A stretch of 64,000 bases of DNA, from the NCBI GenBank assembly GCA_024137785.1, contig JAHRHZ010000144.1, positions 19,650,317-19,714,316 on the forward strand. Reading direction: 5' to 3'. The notes beneath the pieces are model-generated. The model worked only from the letters and a program-made list of their open reading frames with translations, did not search any database and was not told the DNA's origin. Made by a program: the position numbers and the translations under genes. The stretch is from Ginglymostoma cirratum (taxonomy: Eukaryota). This document shows, in pieces, positions 12,401-24,030 of the stretch (position 1 is the first letter of the stretch; each line of letters opens with the position of its first letter).

Positions 12401-14030
12401 CTATTTGTCCTGCTCCTCTTCTCAACTGTACCAGCTTCAGACTTATCTCTTTTCTTACAATCACATCTCCCCACTGTCTTACTAGTTCAAAGCTTCCCAA
12501 CTAGAACTAGCAATTATCCCCCACTGCGAAACTGGTCCTCTTCCAATTCAGATGCAATCCATCCTTCTTATACAGGTCATGTCTACCCCAGAAGAGATTT
12601 CAATGATCCAAAAATGCAAATCCCTGCCCCCTGCACCAGCTCCCCAGCCACACATACACCTGCTCTACCTTCCTATTCCTATTCTCACTAGCACGTGGCA
12701 AAGGGAGTAATCCAGAAACTGCTTCCCTTGGGAACCATCTTTTAAACCTCCTGCCTAATTTCCTGTACTTTCCCTTCAAAATCTTGTTCCTTTCTCTTTC
12801 TATCATTGGTACCAACATGTACAATGACCTCCTGCTGGTCATGGCTCCCCTTTGAGAATTTTTTGTACCCTCTCTGAGATATCCTTTACCCTTGCACCAA
12901 GGAGACAACACACCATTATAACGTTTCACTATTGGCTGCAGAAAAGTCTATCTGTCACAATCGATTTTTTTGGAACCTGACATACCCTCATTACAGTAGA
13001 GCCAGTCACAGTGCAATTAACTTGGCTGTCAGTACTTTATTCCCCTGAGGGTCGATCACCCCCTACATTTTCCAAAACAGCATATTTATTTGAGATGGGG
13101 ATAGCCAAGGAGACTCCTGCACTACCTGCCTACATCTCATACCTGTCCTAGAGGTAACCCACCTACCCAGCTGTGTCTGTGGTTTTTCTACCTTCCTGAA
13201 ACTGCCATCCATCACATACCCTGGTTCCTGCAAATTTTCATTGTGTCTAACTGCCGCTCCAACAGCTCCATGCATTCCAAAGGATTCGCAACTAAACACT
13301 TCCTGCAGACATAATCATCAGTAACATTGAAATTCTCCCTAATCTCCCACATCCAACAAATAGCGCACATTGCTCAACTGAAGGCCAATTCTGCACCTTA
13401 ATCTACAGAAGCAGAAAATAGTATGGCCTTACTGCTCCAAAAACACTGCTCTAGAATAACTCAATACCTCTGTTTTACATTTTAAAAAATATTAATCAAG
13501 AGACAGATCTCAGTAAGACATAAAAAAACTCACCCTACTCACTATTATAGATTTACAAAAATAAATCAAATTGCTAAGTTTTATAAGTCTTAAAAACAAA
13601 CACGAAGATGATCAATGAAATCCTGACACCGTCAGCTCTGAATAGCTCCCATAATGAGGTCTCCCCAAAGTCAGATGTGAATTTCACTGTTTCTTTGGTT
13701 TCTGTGGACTGCACACCGATTTCCAGAGATCCTTGTAACTTTACAGTCAGTCAGCTGTGAACATTCGCTGCTTGGTCAGTCAGCTGTGAAGGTTCACCAT
13801 TGAGATTTTTATTGATGAACTCTAGAGCCATTCTCGGGCCTCCCATGTGGCCTCTCTCTCATTACTCCTGTTGAAAGTATCTTTTTCTAAAAAAAGTTCC
13901 AAAAACAAAGCCAAAACTTATAACAACAGTAATTACTGCTCCAAGAAATTGAAGAAATCAGCTCCAGCAATAAAAAATAAAAAGGAGCAACTCTTACAGC
14001 CGCAGTTCTCTCTAGTCCACCATTTTGTTT
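9458..14030 (-). mobile_element. Near full-length, internally deleted CR1 LINE (5' UTR, ORF1 with Cys finger and SGNH esterase, ORF2 APE-RT), split by a solo LTR
   Basis: ORF1 SGLLPLPRASENRNRKVEQVYVWLGSWCRGQGFAFLDH; endonuclease VGDFTFPNIDW; EILNEYFASVFT; DSQHVF...CLTNLIEFFEE; 3' tail at ~9460. Confidence 0.92.
10466..11077 (-). mobile_element. Solo LTR (probably Gypsy) inserted in CR1
   Basis: TG...CA termini, exact 4-bp TSD atag (10462-10465, 11078-11081), AATAAA on minus; CR1 sequence continues across it. Confidence 0.88.
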
Positions 14031-14039
14031 TCACTCACC

Positions 14040-15185
14040 ACACACCACAGTTTACCCACTATGTACACAACTGTTCTATTTGCATTAACTATTATATTAA
14101 ATGCATTAGCTCTTTGTTATTCGTGTCAGTATTTGCACAAGCATTGTATGCATTGTCCTTAAATCATGCTGGTCTCTTAGTGGTGCGCCAGCATCCATTG
14201 TCATTGGTTGGTCATTTAGATGATGTTGTTTCTATAGAGAATGTTGTTCCATTTCATTTGTTGTAACTAGAGTATCAGTTGTTACTGTAGGGGTATTGTG
14301 GACCTCAGGACCGCTGGTTGATCTGTGCAGATCACAAGATCTTACCTTCTTGATCAGCCGCTTGTAGTGAAAGAACAGTTTCTCCTGTTATGTGTATGTG
14401 CCTGCAGTTATGTCAATGTATCTGCTCATTCACTTCCACCACATATGATCAAGGTCGCAACTGCTCTGTGCATATTCCAAATTACCACTTGGGCTGGATC
14501 TTATTGAAAGCATTAAAAGTTTGGACCCCATCTAGCTCTTAAATATTCAACTGTGGGAATGTTTTGAGTCGTCTCAAAATGAAACTTGATTTTCTGTTAT
14601 TGTATCTTGATTTTATCGACTGTGCCTGTTATTACTTCTAGCTTCCTTTTTTTTATATTGGATGAGTAGTTTAGGTGTTTTTTTAATGTTGCAGTGCAAC
14701 ATTAGTCTTATTCAGGCTTACTGGTGTTCACTGAAGTCTACCTCCCAGTCGTCAAAATCATAGCATTAGAAGATTTCACATTCCATTGTAACATCATAAG
14801 GAGTGCTTCTCCCAACAGCATGTCAACAATATACATCTGTTTCCCCTGTTTAAATGTCATGTCCAACTGATATCTCTGTACCCAGAGCAACATTCGTTGC
14901 AGAGGCTTTGGAACAGATAAGTTGGAGTTGAAGAGGCTTGGGGTGAGATTCAACTGTCAATTTGTTTCTTTCAAGTATATATTGCTGAAAATGTTCACAA
15001 GAAAAGATAATGCCCAGGTACTCTTTCTCGTTTAAGCATAACATGTTCAGGTTGCATTATCATCCTGGATGCAAATACATCTGGTTGTCCTTGCTCTAAG
15101 GCCTGTCTCTTTGGTGTCACACTGCAGGGTGATGTCATCATTTATATCTTAGCATTTCAGCATTGGCATTGATTTCGCTAGTTGC
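14040..15185 (-). mobile_element. Gypsy/Ty3 pol remnant (RNase H and integrase C-terminus)
   Basis: EKEYLGIIFSCEHFQQYI...TVESHPKPL; LQRMLLWVQRYQLDMTFKQGKQMYIVDML; decayed SYVVEVN..RRNRR-type tail. Confidence 0.85.
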
Positions 15186-15189
15186 TTGA

Positions 15190-15900
15190 TTTTACATCAC
15201 ATCAAGATACCTCAATACACTGTACTTCCCAGGGTCCTACCAATCAATAGTTACTCCCCTCCCTTGTTTGTCCTCACAAAATGCACCATCTCACATTTCT
15301 CAGTATTTGATCATTCTGACCATTTTACCAGCCCATTTATATTGCCCTATTGTCTAAGACTCTTCTCCTCACTGTTTACCACACCATCGTTGTGTCATCT
15401 ATGAATTTACTGAACCTCCTATATAAATGTACACGACAAAAAGCAAGGGACACAGCACCAAACTTTGTGCATGCTACTGGACATAGGCTTCCTGTCACAG
15501 AAACAGCCTTTGACCATCACTCTCTGCCTCCTGCTGTAAAGGCAATGTTGGATCCACTTTGCCAAATTTCCCTAGATCCCATGGACTCTTACCTTCTTGA
15601 CCAGTGTCCTATCTCTTGTTGTCAAAATCCTTAATGGAGTCCGTGTAGACCACAGCCATTGTGCTACTCTCATCCACACATCTATTCACTTCGCCAAAAA
15701 AGAAAATCAAATCTGTCAAACGTGATTGCCCAGTAACAAAACCATGCTGACTATCCTTCAGTAATCCTTGCTTCTTCAATAGTTTCCTTACCACCGATTT
15801 TAAATGCATTGTCACATACCTCCCTGATTTGTCACCACCATCCTTCTTGATGGTACCACTGAAGTGCGGATCCTTTGCTCTAGCAATAGTGTGACAGCCT
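15190..15900 (-). mobile_element. CR1 RT fragment
   Basis: GLLKDSQHGFVTGQSRLTDL...VVYTDSIKDFD. Confidence 0.82.
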
Positions 15901-16517
15901 CTTTGTCCTTCACTGTACAAAGTGATTATCCAATCATCTTCAAGGTTAAAAATTTTATGTCAGATATCAAATCGCCTACCCTCTTTCATGTGATACAAAA
16001 ACAGAAATTGCTGGAAAGTTTCAGCAGGTCTGGCAACATCTCTGGAGACAAGTCAGAGTTAACATTTTGGATTCAGTGACCCTTCTTCAGAACTTGTGGT
16101 AGCTGAGAAAAGTTGTTTTTTATGTAGAAGATAGAAGGGGGGATGAGGTAAGGAGTAAACAACAGGTGGAGTTAGAGCACAAAGAGAGAGAAGAACAGTT
16201 GAACAGACAAAGGAATGAATAACAATTGGTCTGGAAGTATGGATAGCTACTAATGGAGACAATGGCTAAAGATGGCTGGTGTGTATTAGCAGCCCATGTG
16301 ATAACATGCCCTGGTGTGTCGGGATTGGGGTAAGGACATGGGAGGAGGTCCAAATACTAATTGGAACAAGGGCCAGGTGGATATCATTGACTTTCAAATC
16401 CTCAATTTGAGTTGTCAGCTGGGGCTCCCTGATTGATCCAGTTTAACAACCCCAATCAAGGATCTCACAGTCAATGATATTCACCTGGCACTCATTCCAA
16501 TCACTACAGTCCACCAG

Positions 16518-16806
16518 ACACATAGAACATAGAACAAAGAACATTACAGTGCAGTACAGGCCCTTTGGCCCTCAATGTTGTGCCGACCTGTGAAACCAAT
16601 CTGAAGCCCATCTAACCTACACTATTCCATTATCATCCATATGTTTATCCAATGACCATTTAAATGCCCTTAAAGTTGGCGAGTCTACTACTGTTGCAGG
16701 CAGGGCATTTCACATCCTTACTACTCTCTGAGTAAAGAACCTACCTCTGACGTCTGTCCTATATCTACCACCCCTCAATTTAAAGCTATGTCTCCTCGTG
16801 CTAGCC
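16518..16806 (-). mobile_element. CR1 3' end (young subfamily)
   Basis: catagaacatagaac tail; TRRHSFKLRGGRYRTDVRGRFFTQRVV. Confidence 0.88.
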
Positions 16807-17273
16807 ATAGAAAGCATCCTAACTAGATATGGCAATTGCTCTGCCCGAGACCACAAGAAGCCACAGAGAGTTGTGAACACAGCCCAGTCCATCATAAAAA
16901 CCAGCCTTCCTTCCACTGAATCTACCTACACTTCCCACTGCCTCAGAAAAGCAACCACATCATCGAAGACCCTTCCCACTCCAGTTATACTCTCTTCCAC
17001 CCTCTTCCATTGAACAGAGGACACAAACTTTTGAAAACACATACCAACAGATTCAGGAACAGCTTCTTCTCCGCTGTTATCAGACTTATGAAGGGACCTT
17101 TCATATATTAGTGTTGATCTTTCTCTGCACCTTCTCTGTAGCTGTAATATTATATTATGCATTCTGTTCTATTACTTTGATCTACATACATAAAGTATAA
17201 ATTATCTGGATAGTACACAAAACAATATACAATGTATCTCAGTACTTACTTCAATACTAAATCAAATCAAATC
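16807..17273 (+). mobile_element. Rex1/Babar LINE 3' fragment
   Basis: IESILT..YGNCSARDHKK.QRVVNTAQSII...THTNRFRNSFF.AVIRLM; (aaatc)n tail. Confidence 0.85.
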
Positions 17274-17274
17274 A

Positions 17275-19200
17275 TTTTTGTCTTAAATGGGCAACCTTTA
17301 ATCTGAGTGTATGTCGTCTGGCCCTAGTCTCTCCCAGAAGGGGAGACAACCTTTTGAGCATGTCAAACTCCCAGAGAATCTTATATGCTTCGTAAGGTGT
17401 CCTCTCATTCCTTAAAACTTCAATGAATACGGTCGAACATACTCAATGACTTCTCCTAAGAAAATGTGGACTGGGCTCTCTGGACTGTCTCAATATCAGT
17501 ATATTTTTCTTTTGATAAGGGAATCAAAACTGTTCACAGTATCCTAGGTGAAGCCTAAATGGTGCCGTGCATAGCTTTTGGAGAAGTTCTATATTTCTGT
17601 ACTTCACCCTCTTTGAAATAAATGCCAATAGTCTATTTGCCTTCCTTATGACTGCTGAACTTGGATGCTAGCTCTTTTGTGATTCATGCACAAGGAACTC
17701 CTTCTGTCCTGCAATTTTCTGCAGTCTATCTCCATTTAAACAATATTCAGCGCTTCTATTCTTCTTGCCAAATATTACATTATGTTACATCTGACAAGGT
17801 TTTGTCCATTCACTTCCTATCAATATTCTTCTGTAGACTCTCTAGCATCCTCACTACTTGCTTTACACTTATTATTACATATCTGCAAACCTGGCAATAG
17901 TACATTCATCTCCCTTATCTAAGTCACTAGTATTTATTATAAATAATTGTGACCCCAGCACTGATCCCTGTGGCACACCATTAGCTCCAGGTGCCATCCT
18001 GAAAACTCCCCCTTTTCCCAACTATGTCTTCTATTAACAAGCCAGTCTTCAATGCATGCTAATACAGTGTCCCCATCACCATGGGCTCTTATTAAGTAGC
18101 CCTATGTGCAGTACCTTATCAAATATCTTTTGAAGATCTAAATTTATTACATGTTCTGGTTCCCTTTTATCTATTCTGCATGTTAATCCCTCAAAGAACT
18201 TCTAATCAATTTAACAAATGATTTCCTCTTCACATAAACACCTCATGGCTTTTTGATTATCATGTATTCCTAAATGCTCTGCTATTCCTTCATAATACAG
18301 TCTAATATTTTCTCAATGACAGATGTTAAGCTAACTGATCTCTGGTTACCTGATATTTGTGTCCCTTCCTCTTTTAAGAAGGGTGTTACATTGTAGTAAT
18401 GTCTTAGGGGATTGGAAAACTGCCAATCTAAGGATTCTTGGAAGATTCCTACCAGTGAATCCACTATCTAAGTAACTATTACTTTGAATATCCTAGGATG
18501 CCAAACATCAGGTCTTGGGGACTTATCAGCCTTTAGATCTATTAGTTCCCCAGTACCTTTCTCTCTAGAGGTAATTATTGCTTTCATTTCCTTCCAACTT
18601 TTGCTCCTTCATTATATAATATTTTTGGAATACTATCAGTGTGCTCTACTGTGAAGACTGATGCAAAGTATTTATTTGATTCCTCTGTCATTTCCTGGTT
18701 CCCCATAATTCCTTCCACAGCCTCATTCTTTAGGATGCCAATGTTCACGTTAGCCTCTCTCTCCCTTTCTATATACTTAAAGATGCTCTTACTGTCGGTA
18801 TCTTCATTATTTGCGAGTTTACCCTAAAAGTTTATTTTCTCCTTTTTTTGGTCATCTTTGTTGGCTTTTACAACTTTCCCAATAATCTTGTTTGTCACAA
18901 ATCTTTGCCACATAGTTTAAAGCTGAAAGGAATAAAAACAATCCTTAACATCTTTGGTTAACCATGGTTGGTTTACTGCCTTCTGAGAATCCATTTTCCA
19001 CACTGGGATACATCTTTGTTGTGAGTCACAAACTCTTTTCTTAAACATCTGACATTGTTCCTCAACAATCTTTGCTGTTAAACTCCTTCCCTGTGCAGCC
19101 AGCCAAGTCTGCCTTCATCCCTATGTAAGTATCCTTATTTAAGTTTAGCACAGTTGTTTTCAAGCTAAGTTTCTCACTCTCAACATGAATGCTAAACTTA
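17275..19200 (-). mobile_element. Old CR1 ORF2 fragment
   Basis: IFQESLD...NVTPFLK...GNQRSVSLTSVIEKILD; VPQGSVLG-type motif near 17950. Confidence 0.85.
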
Positions 19201-20839
19201 TACAGGCATACAAGTAGTAGGGATATAGTAAAAAAAAGTTCCTCTGAGAAAAATGCTAGCTAAAGTGGAAGCTCTTGGAATTACATTTATTCCTCTCCCC
19301 TCCCCTGTCAGCCTTCCACAAGGACTATGCCTTCCGGGACACCCTGGTCCTTTCCTTCACTCCCAACATCAACTCCACCTACCACCCCCCTCCCCACGGC
19401 CCCACAGCTCTTTCCCCAGCAACTGCAGAAGATGTAGCACCTGCCCATTCACTTCCTTTCTCCTCAGATTCCAAGGGCCTAAATACACCTTCCAGTTGAA
19501 GCAGCGCTTCACCTGCACTTCACACAATCTAGTCTACAGCATTCGCTAATCACAATGTGGTCTCCTTAACACTGGGGAAACAAAGTGTAGACTGGGTGAC
19601 CGCTTCACAGAACACCTACCTCCTGTCTGCAAAAAAGACCCTGAGCTTCCAGCTGCCTGCCACTTCAACACACCATCGTGTTCCCCGGCCAACATCTTTG
19701 GCTTCTGGACTTAATAGTGAGTTCAACAATTTTAAGGCTTCAGGCACCTTTCCCCATGTCCTTACCCCAATCTCCACACACCAGACCTTGTTATTACATG
19801 GTCTACTATTACCCACCAGCTATCATTAGCCACTAATTGTCCCCATTGGTAGCCATTCATTCTCCCAGGCTGGTTGTTAGTCACTCCTTTGTCTGTCGAA
19901 TTGTTCTTCTCTCTCTTTGGACTCTATCTCCATCTATCCTTTACTCCTTACCTCCTCCCCCCTTCTATCTTCTGCATAAAAACCAATATTTTCCTAGCTA
20001 CTATCAGTTCTGAGGAAGGGTCACTGAAACTTTAACTCTGATTTCTGTCCACAGATACTGCTAGACCCGCTAACCTTTATCAACAAGTGTTTTTGTTTCT
20101 GATTTCCAGCATCCGCATTGCTTTCGGTTTCTCTTTCATGAGATATTGAGCTGTGACTTTTTTGTGTTGTTTCAGCACAATCTGTCTGCTCCCACTACTC
20201 CTTTAGGCCGAACCAGACCAGGTGCAGTCCAGTTCCTGCTGTGACTGCTGCTGCATAAGTCTTTCCATTAATATCCCATCCAGTTCTCCCTTTTCACCCA
20301 CTTTCACTGTTGCAGCTGCTTCAGGGCCTTGGATAACCTCTCTTTAAATTACAAAATAATCAGATAGCGTTCCAGAGGTTACGACTGGTTAGGTACTACT
20401 CTTACACTCTTGAGAGTCGCATTTCGTCCTACCTTGACTGAAAGTATCATTTCTGTCTACTAACTGCAGTCATTCTACAGGATGTAAGCGTGAACTTAAA
20501 ACCAGGTCCCCATCGGCATCTTATCGCTACACAAAATTATCCTTAATTTGTCACTAATGGTCAATATCGCTCAAGTATGCCTGCTGTATGATAAATAGAG
20601 CAATGAAACAACAAAAGATATTCCCTTTTGATTGGGACTAAAGAAAGATCTACACAGTATCTAGAATCATGAGAGAGTCTCTGAGCGAGAACCATAAATT
20701 CAAGGGAGCTTGAAGGCAGAGCCCAAACCTGGAGGGAAGTCAAGTAATTTTTAAAACAAATGTTGATTTCAGCACAAGATTGTGAGTTATTTTGTCTTAA
20801 CTCTTTAATAACCCTTGATTTAATGTTAATTCAGTTTGA

Positions 20840-21367
20840 ATGTGAATGATTTATTTCACACGTGTTTAACAAATAAGCAGTGAAAAGTGTAATATGTTGC
20901 CATTCTCCAGTGCTATTTTGACTTACACAAGATATTAAGATATTAGACTGAAATTAAGACATAAGACTTAAATTTAAGTAAAATCAGAGTTCATCTTCCT
21001 TACTTCTTGTGCTCCACTCGACATTGGGCCCACCAACACTCCCGCATCACCATCTACTCCAGGAGTACCAGTTCAAACCTACCGCATTGGCACAGCTGAA
21101 GCCCAACATCTCCAGTTCCAAAGACAACCAGCAGATATCGTCATTATGTCCATTTCACCACTGCTTCGCTGCCTCCAGCACCCGACTCAACAAACATTGA
21201 AGTTGCTGATCCTTAAGTGCCATCTTTCGCCGCTGGGCCTGCCTCGCCGATGTTGCCTCCGCCAAAGTAGCGGCTGCCGATGCTGATACCGGGTCCCGTG
21301 CTCGCTAAGTTAGTCTAATAAACAGATCCAAAGTAGGGCACCTCAATCCCATGGACAGCGCATCTTG
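20840..21367 (-). mobile_element. Probable non-autonomous retroposon with GC/CpG-rich head and Rex1-like tail
   Basis: Minus strand starts caagatgcgc..., is CpG-rich, and ends acttttcactg...acacgtgtgaaataaatc. Confidence 0.45.
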
Positions 21368-21928
21368 TTTTATGTGGGAATTCCAACAAATTCCTCATGA
21401 CCTGTGCAACGACACATGGAGGAAACGTGATCAGCTGGAGGGATTCTAACTTTGCAGCTTTTGTAACTGTTATACATCAGCAAGGCTGTGATGTAAAAAC
21501 TGAATCTTTCTACTGATATGTATTTTTGATTGTGGTCTGAAATGCGAAGAGAACTGGTTTTAAAATCCAAGGATTGTTGAAGGATTGCTGCAAGTTTTAA
21601 AAGCAAGGGACTTGGTACTTATTGCAAGTGCTGTTCACACAGCTGCTTGTCCGAGGATTTGTGGAAATCTGTTTATAGATAAGCTGCAGCCAAAAGGGGT
21701 GGTGTACAAATAAAGATTTGTGTGCAAATGAAGATTTTAAAAATGTCCACCAAAATTCACTAATTTACCTGTTTTTAAGACCCAAGTAGATAGAAAGCAT
21801 TGACTGAGTTTCTGTGCTTAACAATGATTAACTGCTGATTACAAATAAAGAGATTCTACCTACAATAAACAGTTATGAACTTTCACCATATAAGTCTACC
21901 AAGTGAAACTTGAGCCCTCTTATAAAAT

Positions 21929-21980
21929 TACACACACACACACACACACATATGCATTTGTGCACACATACACACACACA
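21929..21980. repeat. Interrupted (CA)n microsatellite
   Basis: Seen directly. Confidence 0.9.
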
Positions 21981-22004
21981 AATAGGAAAAGAAAACATGG
22001 GCGA

Positions 22005-22100
22005 AGTTTTGAAGAAGGGTCACTTGATTCAAAACTTTAACTCTGATTTCTCTCCAAAGATGTTGTCAGACCTGTTGAGATTCTCCGGTGATTTTCATTT
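22005..22100 (+). mobile_element. Decayed Penelope terminal repeat fragment with hammerhead remnant
   Basis: gttttgaagaagggtcacttgattcaaaactttaactctg...gtcagacctg. Confidence 0.65.
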
Positions 22101-22599
22101 GCATGTTGCAAGCATAGCCAAAGGAATCAAACATCTGGCAAGTTTTTGGTACAAGAAAGCATCAAGTGAAAAGACATGTTGTTCAACTTAGGCCGCATGA
22201 TTGAGCTGCTCAGCCATCACAGAACAGAGCCTGCGATTGTTTGAGCAAAATGTGAACATGTGAACTGGTTTCACCTTGAATGCTTCCCAATTAGAGCAGA
22301 CTCCAGGCATTTACAGAAATTTCAATGAATTAAGCACTTTATTTAACCTCTTCAATGACCTGCCATCGTCATTGTTACTTCCCAAATTCCAGATGGACGG
22401 TAGCCCTCATGAAGATGCTTGGACAAGGTCAGACAATGTAATTGAGACGGATGAGATTTTCTACCATGTGAATAAATTGTGTATGGTAGTGGGCTAGGGA
22501 GTTTGGCCAAAGGATTTAACATTATGGCTCCAAATGTTTAACACACTCAGGTTATCTGAACCTGGCCAGATGACACATTACAGGCCAATCTGACATTGA

Positions 22600-23650
22600 G
22601 TTGAACATTCTGGTCACAGCCAGCTCCTCTTCCTCCTCCTCACCCTGGGAAGGTATGTAAATTTCTCCTCCTGCATCTCCATTGCTGTTTGCACCAGAAT
22701 GTTGCCCCAGAACATGGTGAAGGGTACCAACCCTCTAACCCTCCACCAGCTCTGTACAGGCACCTGAACTGCATCTTCAGCAACTCAGTGTGTTGCTCAA
22801 TGATCGTCTTGTGGCCATGTGACTGACAATATCATTTCTCTGCACCAGTGGTAAATACCATCAACCCAGTCCTCAGAAGGTATTACTTATCTTCGAGGAG
22901 ACTTCTGCTCACTCTATAAGGAGATTCATGGGAGATGTGACTATCCCAGAATGAAGAACACATGGCAGCCTCCAATGTATCATGCTTTAAATCTTTTGGT
23001 AATTTGATCTGCATCGTAGCCATTAAAAATTGTAGACTTGTCAGTCTCTTTGATCAACTAAGCATGGACGGAGTGTGAATCCCTTCCATGATGAATTGGG
23101 TGCAAATTGATTGCCATGTGGATGCAGTCAATCACTCCCCCTATCTAGAAATTCAGCACTTCAGCCCTTTTTGGCTAACCAACCTCATCAGTGTCAAAGT
23201 GGACATAGGTGGACATTTTGCCAAACCTGGTATTTTGGTGATTAACTTGTGGGTAGCAGATTGTGAGCTCCTGAGGATGGCAGCTAGAAAGAACCGGAGG
23301 TGATGAAATATGTGGCTGTGATAACCTTGCCAGTCACTGACAATGCATGCCCACCTGGATGCTACAGCTAGCTGCAACATGCTGTTGTGAAAGCCTGAGT
23401 CTCACGAGACACTGTTGCTCCATCTTGTTTGAGAATGTTAATCCTCTCTCTGTAAACTGTTTTGGGGGTTATTGCCTCACTCAAGCTGGAGCTCTGTACC
23501 CAGTCAACGTAACATGACAATGGAGAAGGCAACTACTGTGTCATTGCTGCAGCTGCTGGAGTTGTTTGGTGTGTCTGCTGGTCTTCTTGTTCCTCATCAG
23601 AGAGAGAAATGCTGTAGCTCATGAGTTGCACCCACACTGCAGGGACTGGT
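22600..23650 (-). pseudogene. PIF/Harbinger transposase fossil
   Basis: Decayed motifs on minus: GVIDCIHMAI, KGFHS-like, DKGY.L..WLM-like, SH.ATR.IIEQ...LLKMQFRCL.RAGG. Confidence 0.75.
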
Positions 23651-23721
23651 GGATAACAGAGAAGGGCAAGTCACATGGACACAACTTGAAGGTGAACTAA
23701 TTTCTAAAACTTTAGAAGCCA

Positions 23722-24030
23722 TTGGCATGGTGGCTCAGTGGTTAGCACTGCTACCTCACAGTGCTAGGGACTTAGGTTCAATTCCACCTTCAGGTGACTG
23801 TCTGTGTGGAGTTTGCACATTCTTTCCATATCTGTTCTGATATCCTCCCACAGTCCAAAGACATGCAGGTTAGGTGGATTGGCCTTGCTAAATTGCCCAT
23901 AATGTCCAAGGATGTGTGGATTAGCCATAGGAAATGCATGGTTATTGGGTGGATGAGTGGGATCCTCTTTAGAGGGTCAGTGTGGGCTTGATGGGCTGAA
24001 AGACCTGCTTCTGCACTGTAGGGATTCTAT
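23722..24030 (+). mobile_element. HE1-type SINE
   Basis: ggcatggtggctcagtggttagcactgctacctcacag...tgtagggattctat. Confidence 0.9.

Larger units (their letters stand above)
15996..20130 (+). mobile_element. Penelope-like element: inverted terminal arm (15996-~16350), foreign DNA, then GIY-YIG body and terminal repeat (~19290-20130)
   Basis: TSD ctctttcatgtgata (15981-15995) vs ctctttcatgagata (20131-20145); FTCTSHNLVYSIR..CG...GETK.RLGDRFTEH GIY-YIG motif; arms are mutually inverted. Confidence 0.85.
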
